Source: Chrysemys picta bellii (Eukaryota). Taken from it: 64,000 nt of DNA. Positions 51,485 through 63,645 of this stretch are shown one piece after another. The notes under the pieces are model-generated. The model searched no databases and was not told the DNA's origin. It saw only the letters and a program-made list of their open reading frames with translations. Numbering within the stretch: the first letter of the stretch is position 1; the number at the start of each line of letters is the position of its first letter. A program made the position numbers and the translations under genes. The stretch covers positions 115,692,001 to 115,756,000 of the forward strand of contig NC_088793.1 in assembly GCF_011386835.1 (NCBI RefSeq), given 5' to 3'.

Positions 51485-53475
51485 TGTGATGCTTTTCAGG
51501 CACCTAGGGCTGTGTGTCCCCTTGTTGCTCCCTGCCTCTAGCGTGAGGGAGTCTTGCCTGTGCCAGCTTGATGTTAGCTTCGTAACACAGCCAATCTTGT
51601 CAGCCACTCAAGTGCTCTCCTCTAGGCTACACCAGCCCTGCCTTTTCCCTGCAGCTTGACAATAGGTGCTCCCCAGCTCCCTAGTCCCTTCCATGTCCCC
51701 CAGCGCTATGCAGCCCTTGATCTCTAGATACCCACAGAAAACCCAGATTCTCTATTCCCAGAGGAACAATGTACCCCATTTTATCAGTTCTGCCTTAGCC
51801 CACCGCTCCTCCATCACACAGAACTCAAGTTCAGTTACAGTAAAACAAAAGGAAATTTGAGAGAATAGATATTCAAATAGAAACCAGTGTGAGTGATTAA
51901 AACAAATGGTTATATATAAACCAAAATAATAAAATGGGAACTAGGGTCTTTTCTAATTAATAGTTAACCTACTTTATTAAATAGGAAAGGTATCAACCCA
52001 AAGTTCAGGCTTTTGTGGCATGAGCTAGGACCTAGTTGTGACAGGTTCCTTCTCCCTTCTGAGATGCCACCTGATGTATTGGGATTTCACTGAGCCTCTC
52101 CTGCTGCACCAGCCTGGGGTCCCAATCCCTGTTTTGCTGAATTAGGCACTCCAGCCTCTTGCAGCACACACACACAGGTAGGGCCACACCCAGCTGCAAC
52201 CACAGACTGAAGTCAACTCTGTGTGAGAGGATTCCCCTAGCACTCACGTGCACACCTCTTTTAGGAGATAAACCCAAAATAATACTGTCTTGTACTGTAT
52301 AGAAAAATCTGTACAGCACAAGCTCATAAAAATCCGCTCACTTCCTCAATGTGAAGAGAGATGTGCACAACATCTTGCCCCCTGGTTAGAAATTACAAAA
52401 AATGGGTTTAATAATAAACAAGATACAAGTTTATTAACTACAAAAGGTAAATTTTAAGTGGTTCAAGAGATAGCAAACAGAACAATCAGATTACCTTAGT
52501 AAACAAACAAAACACACACACACTAAGCTTGACACACTGGATAGGTAGGATACAAATTAGCAAATTCTCACCCTGAGTGATAAACAGGCTGGCAGATTCT
52601 TAAGGCACCGGTGCTTACCCTGGCGAGCCACGTGCCAAACATTGATCTAGGTCAAACAGTTCCCATTGTATAGAGCTATCTGAGAGGTTTCTATTGCACA
52701 CAGTTCCTGGGATGATCATTATGCTAGCACATTTGAAATACAGGGACATGGTCAATATTCCCAGCTTCAGATACAAAAATGATGCATGCATACAAATTGG
52801 ATAAACACATTCATGAAATTATAACCTTTCCCATGATATTTTACAAGACCCATCTTGCACAAAGTATATTTTAGTTAGATCATATTCATATCATAACCAT
52901 ATTTCTATGCAGAATATGGGGTGTAACGTCACACCAGTCTTTCATGAAGCATCTCTGCTCATCAAGGTACCTCCTCAGTGAATGGATCCAGAGTCTGTCT
53001 CTCCACCCTGTGATATACTTAATCAGTCTTTTGTCTTTATTCGCAGATAGGATGATCCCCTTCCTGTTACTTGCAAGTGGTTTCAATGTTTATAGTTTGT
53101 CTTTCCATTGACTTTTCTGGGTTGGTGCAATGGTGGATAATCAACCAATGCATTATGCAACTGGATAGCCAGGAAGGGGTGACAACTCCCTCCTGCTTGT
53201 ATGGGCTATCATGAAGACACATGATTCCCTGGTGACTCACTTTCAATCCAAGACCATAAGGAAATAATTTTTAGTATAGTTAAATTGTTCCTTAAATGTT
53301 ACCTGTACACACGTCTCTCACTGATCGAGTATCAATAAGTTACAAGGTTTCAGTGGAGATCTCACAGGCTATCCTTTATGGATAAATATCCTGTAAGTAG
53401 TGTCTTAGGTATAGTGAGTTGCTTGTAGAGATTAGTGAACCCGTTGCTAGTTGGCATCAATGTACCTGTGTCACA
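51485..53475. mobile_element. Older solo LTR (~1.09 kb net), host of a nested LTR
   Basis: TGTGATG...GTGTCACA ends; interrupted at 52037-52933. Confidence 0.55.
52037..52933 (-). mobile_element. Solo LTR (~900 bp), nested
   Basis: TGTGACAGG...GTAACGTCACA ends, 5-bp TSD CTAGT/CCAGT, minus-strand AATAAA near 52432; similar in layout to 3831-4993. Confidence 0.78.
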
Positions 53476-53476
53476 C

Positions 53477-54165
53477 TGTGGTGGGGTGGCTGCCCCACTC
53501 CTGCAGAACAGGGGTTAAAAACAGCCCTGGAGTGGGCTGCAGCTGAGAAAAATAGTGAGAGCCACTGAGTGAGTAGCTGACCACAGGTGTGGACAGCTCA
53601 ATCAGGGCCCAGCTGGCCCTGGTAAGAGGGCTGTAGGCCAGGAGCTATAGGAGTCTCTCTCTAGCTGTGGAGAGAGAAGGACCTGGCTGCCAGGAAATAG
53701 GGTACCTGGAGCAGAGCAGTGCTGGTGAAGGGGGAAGAGGAGCTGGTGAGCTCCAGCCTGGCAACTGCTCACGCTGTGGCCTTGATAAAGGCCTATGTGG
53801 GTACTGGGGCTGGGAGGTGCAGCTTGGGAATAGGCAGAGGCAGCTGGTCATAACCCCTTGCCAATGACGAGTGGCCATTAGATTGCAGTCTGCCCCAGAG
53901 AACAGGGGCTAGATGACGACTGGCAGTAGCCACTGAGGCAAGGTGGGTTTAGAGGGTTGGAGGTTCCCCGGGGAGGGGAGACCCAGAGTGTGGGGGTACT
54001 GCTGGGGCAGAACCCTGAGGAGAAGGGCACCGGAGTCCAGGAGGGACACTGGGCCTGAGGCAGGCGAGACACCCGCTGGCAGAGGGCACTCCGAAGGCTG
54101 GAAAGAGCTAATTCCCAAGATGACCAGCAGGAGGTGCCGCACTGGTGAGTCTCGACCTCGCTACA
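53477..54165 (+). mobile_element. GC-rich solo LTR (~690 bp)
   Basis: Termini TGTGGTGGGGT / ACCTCGCTACA (imperfect IR), 5-bp TSD CACAC/CATAC. Confidence 0.75.
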
Positions 54166-55081
54166 CATACCTTTCTATAGAGCAATGAAACCCAAGGAAT
54201 ACAAATTGCATGAAAGGAGAGCTGGTAAAAAAAAAAAAAAAAAAAAAAAATGAAAAATTTAGACTTTTTTGTTTCCAAGTGTTCAAAATGGAACCATTTT
54301 TTTGTTTTTTCCCCAAAAATTGTTTTTAAAGTATCTTTTCAAAACCACAAAAAACCCTGCTATAAATCAATCATACATTTTTCCTAAACTGGGTTTTTAA
54401 AATTACCATTTTGATCATAATTTTGTAAATTTTTAAAGGCATTTTTTTTTGTGAAATGGAAATTTTGACAGTCAGCTATTTTTTGTGCCAAAAAAACAAA
54501 ACAAAAGCCAAACCCCCCAAAACACCGTGATTCAAGACTGCAAAAAATAAAATAAAATTAAAAAAAATCACCAATTTTGCTCAGCTCTAATTGGAACCTT
54601 CCTTGCAATTTACAAATAGGATTTCTTTCACAGATATTGAATTCTTCCATATTCAATATATTTCCTTTCCTCTTTATACTTAAACCTACCTTTCATTGCC
54701 ATGATTTTTAGAGGTTTGGAATATGGGACCTCCCACCCTTTACTGTGATCTTATAGGCAATGCAGAAGAATATAGAATAGAACATTCATTTTGCAGTCCA
54801 GACTAGGTTTTACAATAATATCTTCCCATCATCTTTGTAGACTGAACATTCCAATTTATCATCTCATAATATTTTAAAACTCAGATAACTACTTCAAGCT
54901 TTTATGAGATCACTGCTGTTCTAGGTGTCCTATTGCCAAAACATTTAAACTCAAGATTTCTAGACAGCTTACTAAAGCTTGTCTCTTTATTGAATAAAAG
55001 ACAACACTTCTGTAGCTTTGCTAGCACTATGTTAACTGAAAATTACCTGCCAGTCTGGATGCAGAACAAGGAATACAAGAG

Positions 55082-55450
55082 TGTCATGGGGCAGGATTCA
55101 CCCCAGCAGCACCTCTTGCTGCCTCTGCCTAACCTTGGGCTGCCCTCTGCAACACCAGTACCTTTCTGGCCTTTAACAAGGCCTGCAGTCTGGGGGTTTC
55201 CAGGCTGGAGTTCTCCTAGCCTTCCCCCAGCCCTGCTCCACTCTAGGTACTCTGCTCAGCTCCTAGCAGCCAGGCCTGTCTCCCTTAACAACTAGAGAGA
55301 AACTCTCAGCTTCTAGCGTCACTGGCTTTTATAGGGCTAGCTGCAGTCTGATTGGGGCGTGGCCAAGCTGGGGCTGCTTCCCCAATCAGCGAGCCTTTTG
55401 CTCGCAGCCCCAGCCCTTTCCCAGGAGGAGCCTGTGACCACCCCGCTACA
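55082..55450 (-). mobile_element. Short solo LTR (369 bp), related to 53477-54165 in opposite orientation
   Basis: TGTCA...CGCTACA ends, perfect 5-bp TSD AAGAG, CCCTATAAAA and CCAAT motifs on the minus strand. Confidence 0.78.
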
Positions 55451-56229
55451 AAGAGAATCAAGAATATTAGCTGCTGGCAGAAAAAGAAGAGGAACATATA
55501 TTCATAGGCTTTACAGATGAGGCACATGCATCTGCTAACAGTATAGATTCTGATCCAACACCTTCTGAAAGACACCCATTGACTTCAGTGAATGTTAAAT
55601 CAGGCCCTTAATTTTCTTCAACTTTGTCTTTTAGTGTCTATGACCATCTTAATATGCAGTATACGATATTGAAACATGCTAGCATTATCCCCTTCATGCT
55701 CTCATTATGGCTATCCTCTTCGCCATTGACTTTCATTCATAAAAAACAAATAGTATTCACATTCAGATAAATCTAGGTGAAATCACTTGAGTAGGCACTT
55801 TAGCTGACAGCATCTAACCATGTTGAATGTTGTTTACTGCATCTGCATGAAACAACTAAAATGGTGTAAACAATTTACCTTTGAAGTAATCTTTAGTGTA
55901 ATTATTTACATTATAATAATACAATTATTTTTGTCATGATTCTACGGTAAAGGAGAAGGAAACTGTTATCAGATCTGTCATTGAATTATGATGCGCTAGC
56001 AAACTAACTTTTTAGCAGGAACACACCTGATTCTGCAGAGGTGCTAACCTTTGTAGGGTATGTTGTGATGACAACTTCAATAAGCTTTTATGATTATTAG
56101 ACTACCTCATCATATTGCATTTACTCTCATTGACTCACATAACAGTGGCTCTTCCTCATGCCCCACTGTGTCAATAAATAAAATAAATAAATACATTAAT
56201 TAAATAAAATAATTGCACAGCATGACTGA

Positions 56230-57600
56230 CTCATGCCTATGCACTCCAGTGCAGAAGGTACTATACTTCTTTAGTTTTTAGGTACTGGAAATCTCCATAA
56301 CTAATACTTTATAGTCTCCTTTGCTAGGTTATAAAATCTGGGATGCGCTCTATCTGTATCTGTTTTGTATGAACTTTTATCAGCTCTAATTGCCTTTCTG
56401 CTTTGATGTACTCACAAAGTCTTTCAATGCTTCCATTCCTTCCCTCCCACTTGGGAAAATATCCCAATCCCCAGAATGTGACCTTTGGCTTCTTTCATGA
56501 AGACTAAGGCAGAGAATTTATTCAGGCTCAGGGCAATACTAACGTCATCATTAACTAACTTCCCACTTTCTGTATTTCCCTCAGTGGCTTCACAGAACTC
56601 TTGGCTGGCTTTTTGCTTGTGTAGTTAAATGATATAACTGATAAAGTATCTGTTTCCTTTTATTATTTTATTACATTTGCTACTTTAACCTTTGCTATAA
56701 CTTTTTAAAATCTCCTTTTTATATCTGGCTATATTCCTTTCCAGCATCCTGATTTCTGACCAATATTACAAATTTCCCTTTCACTTCTTTTTCCTTTTAA
56801 CATGCAGGGTGAAGTCCTGGTCCCGCTGAAGTCAATGGGAGTTTTGTTATTGACTTCAGTGGGTCCAGAATTTCACACTCTGGCCCATTGCCTTCATAAT
56901 CCATGTACAAATTATCCCCATATATGTATTTCTCACCAACATGTATTGCATTCACACTAAGCTTTCTTGGAACTCTGTTTTTGCATTTAGTTCTCCTTGG
57001 GCCTCCATTTCAATAGTGAGCAATCAAAAACTTAGTGCTTCTAAAAGATAGACAGAAATCCTCTCAAGCTATATAACAAGCACAACCTAAGAAACAGCAC
57101 CACCACACTGTCCCATGATGTGCCTGAACCTTGACTTGCAGAGACCACCTGTGGGGGTAAAAAGGTTATTAAAAACTCATTCTAATGTCCATTCAATCCT
57201 TGTCTACAGTAGGAAAGCCACTGGAGAGTTGTCTACTGTAGGACTCCCACTGTTCCTGACACCTCAAATGCCAGACTGTAGGCATATAAGGATGTCAGCT
57301 GTGGTGGTGGTTTTTGGTGATGTGGACCATATTGCCCTGGGAACTGGACTGCGACCACTACTTGATTTCACAAAGGCCATCAAACAGTTACAACATTAAT
57401 CCTTTTTGATATCTCTCCACCGGGAATTGATCCCAGTTTCACATTACGTCCTGTAACTGGCCTCTCTGTTCCTGTTTACCATTTCTGTTTTATTTTTCTC
57501 CCAGTTATCATATCACACCTAATGTGATTGGTTTCCAATTTTATCTATTAGATTTCTAACAGGCCTCTCATGATGGCATCTAAGTACTCTATAAGTAAAG
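56230..57600 (-). mobile_element. Highly decayed CR1 ORF2 fragment
   Basis: Reverse complement near 56575-56620 (TACACAAGCAAAAAGCCAGCCAAGAGTTCTGTGAAGCCACTG) aligns by eye with the CR1 at 26754-26800; boundaries approximate. Confidence 0.5.
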
Positions 57601-57865
57601 ACTCAACCGAGTCTGGTTCCTCTTCTTAGGGTAGGATAAATAAAGGCTTTTCCTCCCTGTCCTAATTCCATAAATGTATTTAAAGCTCTTTTGCTTTTGC
57701 CCATAAAAGTTTCTGGCTCTGCTACAGCGAAACTCTTTGTTGGCTCTCTTGGATTAATTGTTCTTGGGTGTCGTCATTTCCCCCCATCTTTGTTTCCTTA
57801 TTTTTGCTTTGTCTGTGTGGCTGGGCAAGTGGCTTTTCCTTAAGCCCAGGTCATTACTACACTGT

Positions 57866-58175
57866 GGGTACGTCTACACTACCCGCCAGATTGGCGGGTA
57901 GTGATCGCTCTATCGGGGATTGATTTAGCTTGTCTAGTGTAGACGCGATAAAATCGATCCCCGAGCACTCTCCCATCGACTCCGGTACTCCACCACCACG
58001 AGAGGTGCAAGCGGAGTCGACGGAGCGGCAGCAGTCGACTCAGCGCCGTGCACACGCTGCGGTAAGTAGACCTAAATATGTTGACTTCAGCTATGCTATT
58101 CTCATAGCTGAAGTTGTGTATCTTAGATCCACCCCACCCCCCTACTTCCCTCCCCCCCCCACTGTAGACCAGGGC
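57866..58175. mobile_element. CpG-rich Harbinger-type MITE, related to 39511-39795
   Basis: GGGTACGTCTACACT / ACTGTAGACCAGGGC termini, TGT flanks, shared GACGCGATAA and GTCGAC hairpin motifs. Confidence 0.75.
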
Positions 58176-59530
58176 TGTGAATCAAAGGATAAGAGACTTT
58201 TGTAATAAATGGCAGTCATTCAAACCCAACACTAGGAGTCCATGTAGCCCTCACAATCCACAGAATCTTCTCAGCAATGTACCTTGGCTGTGGAGTGAGA
58301 AAGTTTCCATTTTTAGATACCCAGCACTGATGTATATAGTACCACTGCCCAATACTTACCCACTCTCACCACGAATGTAAGACATATGAAGGCAATGCAC
58401 TCTGAACCCTGTGCATAATCATCACAGACAACACTTCTCAGTTCCCATCTTTAGTAGCACCATGTAACACAGAGATTATGTTTCCAACAGCACTTTTCTT
58501 CTACATTAACTTTTCATAATGACACTATGGTAATTGTGTGCAATTGCTGTCCTGCAGGAGGCCTCTAAGGTAATTTCTTTACATTACTTTAATGGTTCAG
58601 AACAGATGTACTAATCATCCTATCAGTTAGGTGCTGTCATCATGCCTGTTTCCTGTCTACAGCATGCTTGATTATGAGCCTGATTCCACTCCCAATAAAC
58701 TCAATAGGAGCTTTGCTGTTGACTTCAGTGTGAGCAGGATCGGGCCCTTATTACGTTAACAACTTGAAACAGGTGTGAATACTTCATTAATAAAAATCAA
58801 GAGATGAATGAGTAACTGGCTATCCCAGCTCAATGCTTCTAAACAGGAATTTGTCTCACTCACTTGCTAGACAGTTTTGCCATTACAAAGCAGGTCTCAT
58901 ATTTGGCAACCCCTCTAACTTTTTTTAATCTGTTGGAGGAAGAGGTGCACCACATGGAATTTAGTTTAATGAATACAACAGTTACATGTAAGTTGTTTAT
59001 AGACTAATTTACTCAAATCACTTAAAAAAAAGTGGCCTTGAATGGGTTGACAGTATGATTGTATATGGTTTTTTTTTTCACTGCATTGATCCTAAATAGC
59101 TCAATCTGTTCCAATCAATCAAGCTGTCCTCTTCCTCATCCACAATCATTCGAGTGGACATACCCAATAGCCAAACAGAGTAAAGAACTGAAAAACATTA
59201 GGAAGTACCTAAACAGTTTCATCTCCAAACATGGAAGTAAAAAAGACACCCTTTCCCACTCCAAAGTTAAGTACGGTAGCTGCATACAGTGCTCCCCAAC
59301 AGAGCTCAGTGCAGCAGTGGCTGGTCCTGCTCCACCAAGATTGTGCCAGAAGTGGCTGATAGAAGCCTTTGGACCTCGGTTCTTAATGTTCTTGGATGTG
59401 GCTCCCATTAGCCACTCCTGGCATAATCTCGGAGCTAACAGATCCTTAGGGACCAGGCAGAACTTCTCACCACTTCTGGGTGGCACCACAGAACACTAGT
59501 CCCTGACTCCTCCTTCTATTATTACTACTT

Positions 59531-59735
59531 GGAGGTACTAGTGGCTAGAGCACTAGACTAGAACTCAAGAGGCCTGGGTTCCATTCCTGCCCCTGCTACT
59601 GGCATCCTGTGTAGCCTTAAGCAAGTCACTTTGCCTTGGTTTTCCCATTTTACAGATGGGAATAATGACACTGACTGTCTTTGTACAACACTTTGAGATC
59701 TACTAATGAAGAGTGCTATGTAAGAGCTAAAAATT
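59531..59735 (+). mobile_element. MIR-like CORE-SINE
   Basis: A-box TAGTGGCTAGAGC, B-box GGGTTCCATTCC, core GCAAGTCACTT...CCCATTTT.CAGATGGG, tail AGAGTGCTATGTAAGAGCTAA. Confidence 0.8.
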
Positions 59736-60709
59736 ATTACTACTACTTACAGTTCAGTCCTCAGTTCAAGTAATTCATGGCCTGTATTTATGGGGCTGAA
59801 GATCCCCATGTAAGTGCTTAGTGGCCTGATTCCAGGTGGGCCTGACCTGGAGGCTGAAGTCCTTTCTGGACAGTGGCAATCCAGTTTAAACTTTCTCACA
59901 TTTTTCAATCCACGTACCTTATAGAGATGTAATGGTAGTTCAGTCTCCAATGCCAATTCTATTCTTAGCCTTTCTGCTAACAATGGTCTAACAATGCTAA
60001 CTGTAATAATAGCTCTGAAGACAAATATTTGCACCCGAAAGACATTTGAATTTCATCAGACATGCACAAAACTTGATAAGAGTTTACATTAATATATTGT
60101 GAGGACAATCTAATTTTAAACTGTACATAGAATTAGAAACGGGCAGGTTTCAAATAATGACAATATTTATGCTATTTTCATATAACTTACTGCACTGCCT
60201 TCTACGGTGTATAGTCAGCCAGATAATTTTTTTAGAACTGAGTACACTATAACAGTTGAACTCAGAAGTTTCAGATCACAATTCTGATTCATGTAACGAA
60301 GACAATATTGGGAATATCTCATTTCATTCCTCCCCCCCATACTTTTTCCCTGACAGTCCTTCCGAAACAATGAGATAAATGACAACACCACCATATTTTA
60401 TCACAGTTTTTCTGCTCAAAAGGAATTCAACAGACCTCTACAATCAGGTCATCATCACCTCCTAATAACTTAACACTGCCTATAACTTAGGCCAGCTGCG
60501 GATGTTCCAGAAATTCAGATCAGAAAAGGAATGAAGTTTTCTACTAAAAAAAGAACTATTGAGAGTTTTACACACACGACTTTGTAGACAACGTAATGCA
60601 CCATTCACTCCATTGAGTCAAGTATCAGAGGGGTAGCCGTGTTAGTCTGAATCTGTAAAAAGCAACAGAGGGTCCTGTGGTACCTTTAAGACTAACAGAA
60701 GTATTGGGA

Positions 60710-60750
60710 GCATAAGCTTTTGTGGGTAAGAACCTCACTTCTTCAGATGC
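60710..60750 (-). ncRNA. Hammerhead motif copy with inactivating G12A change
   Basis: Reverse complement reads ...CCCAC-AAAAGCTTATGC instead of CCCAC-GAAAGCTTATGC (CpG transition). Confidence 0.65.
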
Positions 60751-61405
60751 AAGTAACGGAAATCTCCAGAGGCAGGTATAAATCAGTATGGAGATAATGA
60801 GGTTAGTTCAATCAGGGAGGGTGAGGTGCTCTGCTAGCAGTTGAGGTGTGAACACAAAGGGAGGAGAAACTGCTTCTGTAGTTGGATAGCCATTCACAGT
60901 CTTTGTTTAATCCTGATCTGATGGTGTCAAATTAGCAAATGAACTGGAGCTCAGCAGTTTCTCTTTGGAGTCTGGTCCTGAAGTTTTTTTGCTGTAAGAT
61001 GGCTACCTTTACATCTGCTATTGTGTGGCCAGGGAGGTTGAAGTGTTCTCCTACAGGTTTTTGTATATTGCCATTCCTGATATCTGACTTGTGTCCATTT
61101 ATCCTCTTGTGTAGTGACTGTCCAGTTTGGCCAATGTACATAGCAGAGGGGCATTGCTGGCATATGATGGCATATATAACATTGGTGGACGTGCAGGTGA
61201 ATGAGCCGGTGATGTTGTAGCTGATCTGGTTAGGTCCTGTGATGGTGTTGCTGGTGTAGATATGTGGGCAGAGTTGGCATCGAGGTTTGTTGCATAGGTT
61301 GGTTCCTGAGTTAGAGTTGTTATGGTGCGGTGCGTGGTTGCTGGTGAGAATATGCTTAAGGTTGAGCCCTTTAATGTTCTTTGCATTCTTCTTTGCTTTC
61401 TTCTT

Positions 61406-61446
61406 GCATCTGAAGAAGTGAGGTTCTTACCCACGAAAGCTTATGC
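61406..61446 (+). ncRNA. Minimal type I hammerhead ribozyme motif with intact core
   Basis: GCAT-CTGAAGA-A-GTGAG-gttctta-CCCAC-GAA-AGCT-T-ATGC: CUGANGA and GAAA core, helix I GCAU/AUGC, palindromic AGCU, predicted cleavage after CUU. Confidence 0.72.
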
Positions 61447-62115
61447 TCCCAATACTTCTGTTAGTCCTAAAGGTGCCACAGGACCCTCTGTTGCTTAATA
61501 CTAACTTAGTGCAACAAGAAATGTAGTGTTTTGTGTATCTACCTAGCTTTTGTTTTTCTGTAGATGAAAGTGTGGAGCTGCTCTGTAACTGCCAAACTTC
61601 ACTTCTTCCTTCAGACATGGAATCCTAGACTTGCTGCCATACATATCACTGAGTGAAGACATTGCTGTGGAGGGAGATGGCTTTTTCTGTGATGCCCTCA
61701 TGGTGGTGGCAGGGTGTCCTTGGCTGACTCACAGCTGGGAAAGCACTGAGAGAGCAGAGAGGCCCTTCCCCCCAGGCACTGAGATGAGGCACAAATATCT
61801 CCCATATCCATTACGGAAAATGAAGCAGAGGAGGCATCTGAGTTCCTCATTGTTCCCACCCACCCCCCAATCCTTTTTCTCACATGCTTTGTTCTTGGAG
61901 GGGTCTTGCTGCACTGTTGAGCCCAAGCTTTCCCTCTCTCTTTTTCATGCCTGTGGATTGGTGAAGCTAAGTACAGCCACTTGCTCCACAAAGAGAGAAA
62001 CTGGGATCCACACAGCCTGGTGGAGAACTAATTTGTATGAAATTCCTGTTCCCTCCTGAGGGTATGCAAGACCCAGTGGTTAGATAGCTGAGCAGCTGTC
62101 TCCACTCCTTACAGA

Positions 62116-62316
62116 GGGGAGGGATAGCTCAGTGGTTTGAGCATTAACCTACTCAACCCAGAGTTATGAGTTCAATCCTTGAGGGGGCCACTTAGGGATC
62201 TAGGGCAAAAATCAGTACTTGGTCCTGCTAGTAAAGGCAGGAGACCAGACTTGATGATGTTTCAGGGTCCCTTCCAGCTCTATGAGATAGGTATATCTCC
62301 ATATATTATATTATTA
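62116..62316 (+). mobile_element. Tortoise-type Pol III SINE (tRNA-derived head, CR1-like tail)
   Basis: GGGGAGGGATAGCTCAGTGGTTTGAGC (A box), GAGTTCAATCC (B box), CR1-like tail GGTCCCTTCCAGCTCTATGA and an AT-rich end. Confidence 0.88.
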
Positions 62317-62572
62317 TACCCCTTTCTGGCCCAGCCTCATTCTCCTTGGGATTGTTCCAGTTCCCACAGCGCTCCCATTCATTGAAGTAAAAGATCCCTG
62401 CTCCCATAACAGTTTGCCTCTAGAAATTTAAATAATAACAATCTAGACATTTATGGACATTTAAACTGTTAGGCACAACACATTAAATAAAATGTAAGTC
62501 TAAATAAATACTTTTTCAAATTCACAAGAATTGACGCAATGTAAGAGGAACAGCTTCTTTGAGCTGCAGCTC

Positions 62573-62603
<31 letters not shown>
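62573..62603. repeat. (CTGG)n microsatellite, ~8 units
   Basis: Direct reading. Confidence 0.95.
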
Positions 62604-62604
<1 letters not shown>

Positions 62605-63012
62605 ATTTATCCCCAACTGTTGAGCCCTTTAATGTTCTTTGCATTCTTCTTATAATGCATCATCTCACTCTTGAGTACAGCTGGGCAAATATTGCCAAAT
62701 AGATGTTCTATGAACATCCTTTTAAATGTTTAAATGAATTCACTTTGACCATATTCAGGTCCATGTTTGTGTTCACTTTCTGTGCACAGTCTAGCAAATG
62801 AATTTACTGACAGGAGTTTTCACCAAAACAACCAGTTTTGAGCAGATTATTTGTAGAAAGCAAATTTCAAATTAATCACCTCAGGAATTCACACCGGAAA
62901 CTGATTCTGAGACACACTCTCACCTGATTTCTCATCAGGAAATACAGATGTGCATTATGACCTGTGTGTCTGATCAAAACAGCTCAAATGTCAAAGGCTG
63001 AAAGGGTGGGGG

Positions 63013-63226
63013 GCCGGCTCCAGGCACCAGCGCAGCAAGCAGGTGCTTAGGGCGGCCAACGGAAAGGGGCGACACGTCCGGCTCTTTGGTGGCAATTTGG
63101 CCGTGGGTCCCTCAGTCCCTCTCGGAGGTAAGGACCTACCACTGAATTGCCACCGAAGAATGAAGCGGCGGCGGTAGAACTGCCACTGAAGTGCCGCCGA
63201 TCACGGGTTTTGTTTTCGCAGCCCTG
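63013..63226. mobile_element. GC-rich hAT-type element with eroded ends
   Basis: GCCGGCTCCAGGCACCAGC start matches the end of 63646-63887 in reverse; GGTGGGGG on both flanks. Confidence 0.7.
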
Positions 63227-63645
63227 GGTGGGGGAAGGAACCAAACCCTGCTTGCAAACTGTTTACAGAACAGGGGCCTCATTGTCCACTGCTTTGTGCC
63301 TTGGGTTGTCACTTACCCCTGAGGAAAATAAATACAAATTAGGTGTAAAATGCTACCATTCTGATAGTGACATGACTTAGAAATGTTTATTACCCATGAT
63401 GTCTATAAACTCATAAAATCTTCCTCCCTGTGACTACCTGAGCACAAAGCACAGGGAAACCTGACTGTACAATGACAGTGCTAGATGCCAGAGGTGAGTG
63501 GACAAATAGGAGAAGTCTCAGGTGCAGAGCAAGCAAAAAAGGCCTCACTCTTGCCCCATCTCTGACTTTATCATGGTCATAGTGGCTGGGCAGCCAGTGG
63601 GGAGCCTTGGGGGTCACTACTGGAGCTCTGCCTTTTACTCCTATG

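Larger units (their letters stand above)
60622..61496 (-). mobile_element. Penelope-like retroelement, 5'-truncated, with GIY-YIG endonuclease and inverted pseudo-LTR
   Basis: Minus-strand frame open from 61363 to 60932 (143 aa): Cys-rich linker CNKPRCQLC...CQQC and NVIYAII...MYIGQTGQSLHKRINGH...QRETAE. A TAA interrupts a frame that resumes FDTIRSGLN. 94-bp inverted repeat at 60660-60753 / 61403-61496. Confidence 0.95.

Noticed and set aside
21380-58750. Many 70-150 bp palindromes with GGGCC(T/A)GATTC...GAATC(A/T)GGCCC or GAAGTCAATGG...CCATTGACTTC motifs (e.g. 25227-25314, 56805-56890, 58676-58748) as structured ncRNAs or a CRISPR-like array
   Set aside because: Dispersed, irregularly spaced and diverged; best explained as old palindromic MITE families common in sauropsid genomes.
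62116-62190. tRNA gene
   Set aside because: The tRNA-like head runs into a SINE body and CR1-like tail and lacks a full cloverleaf; it is a Pol III SINE.
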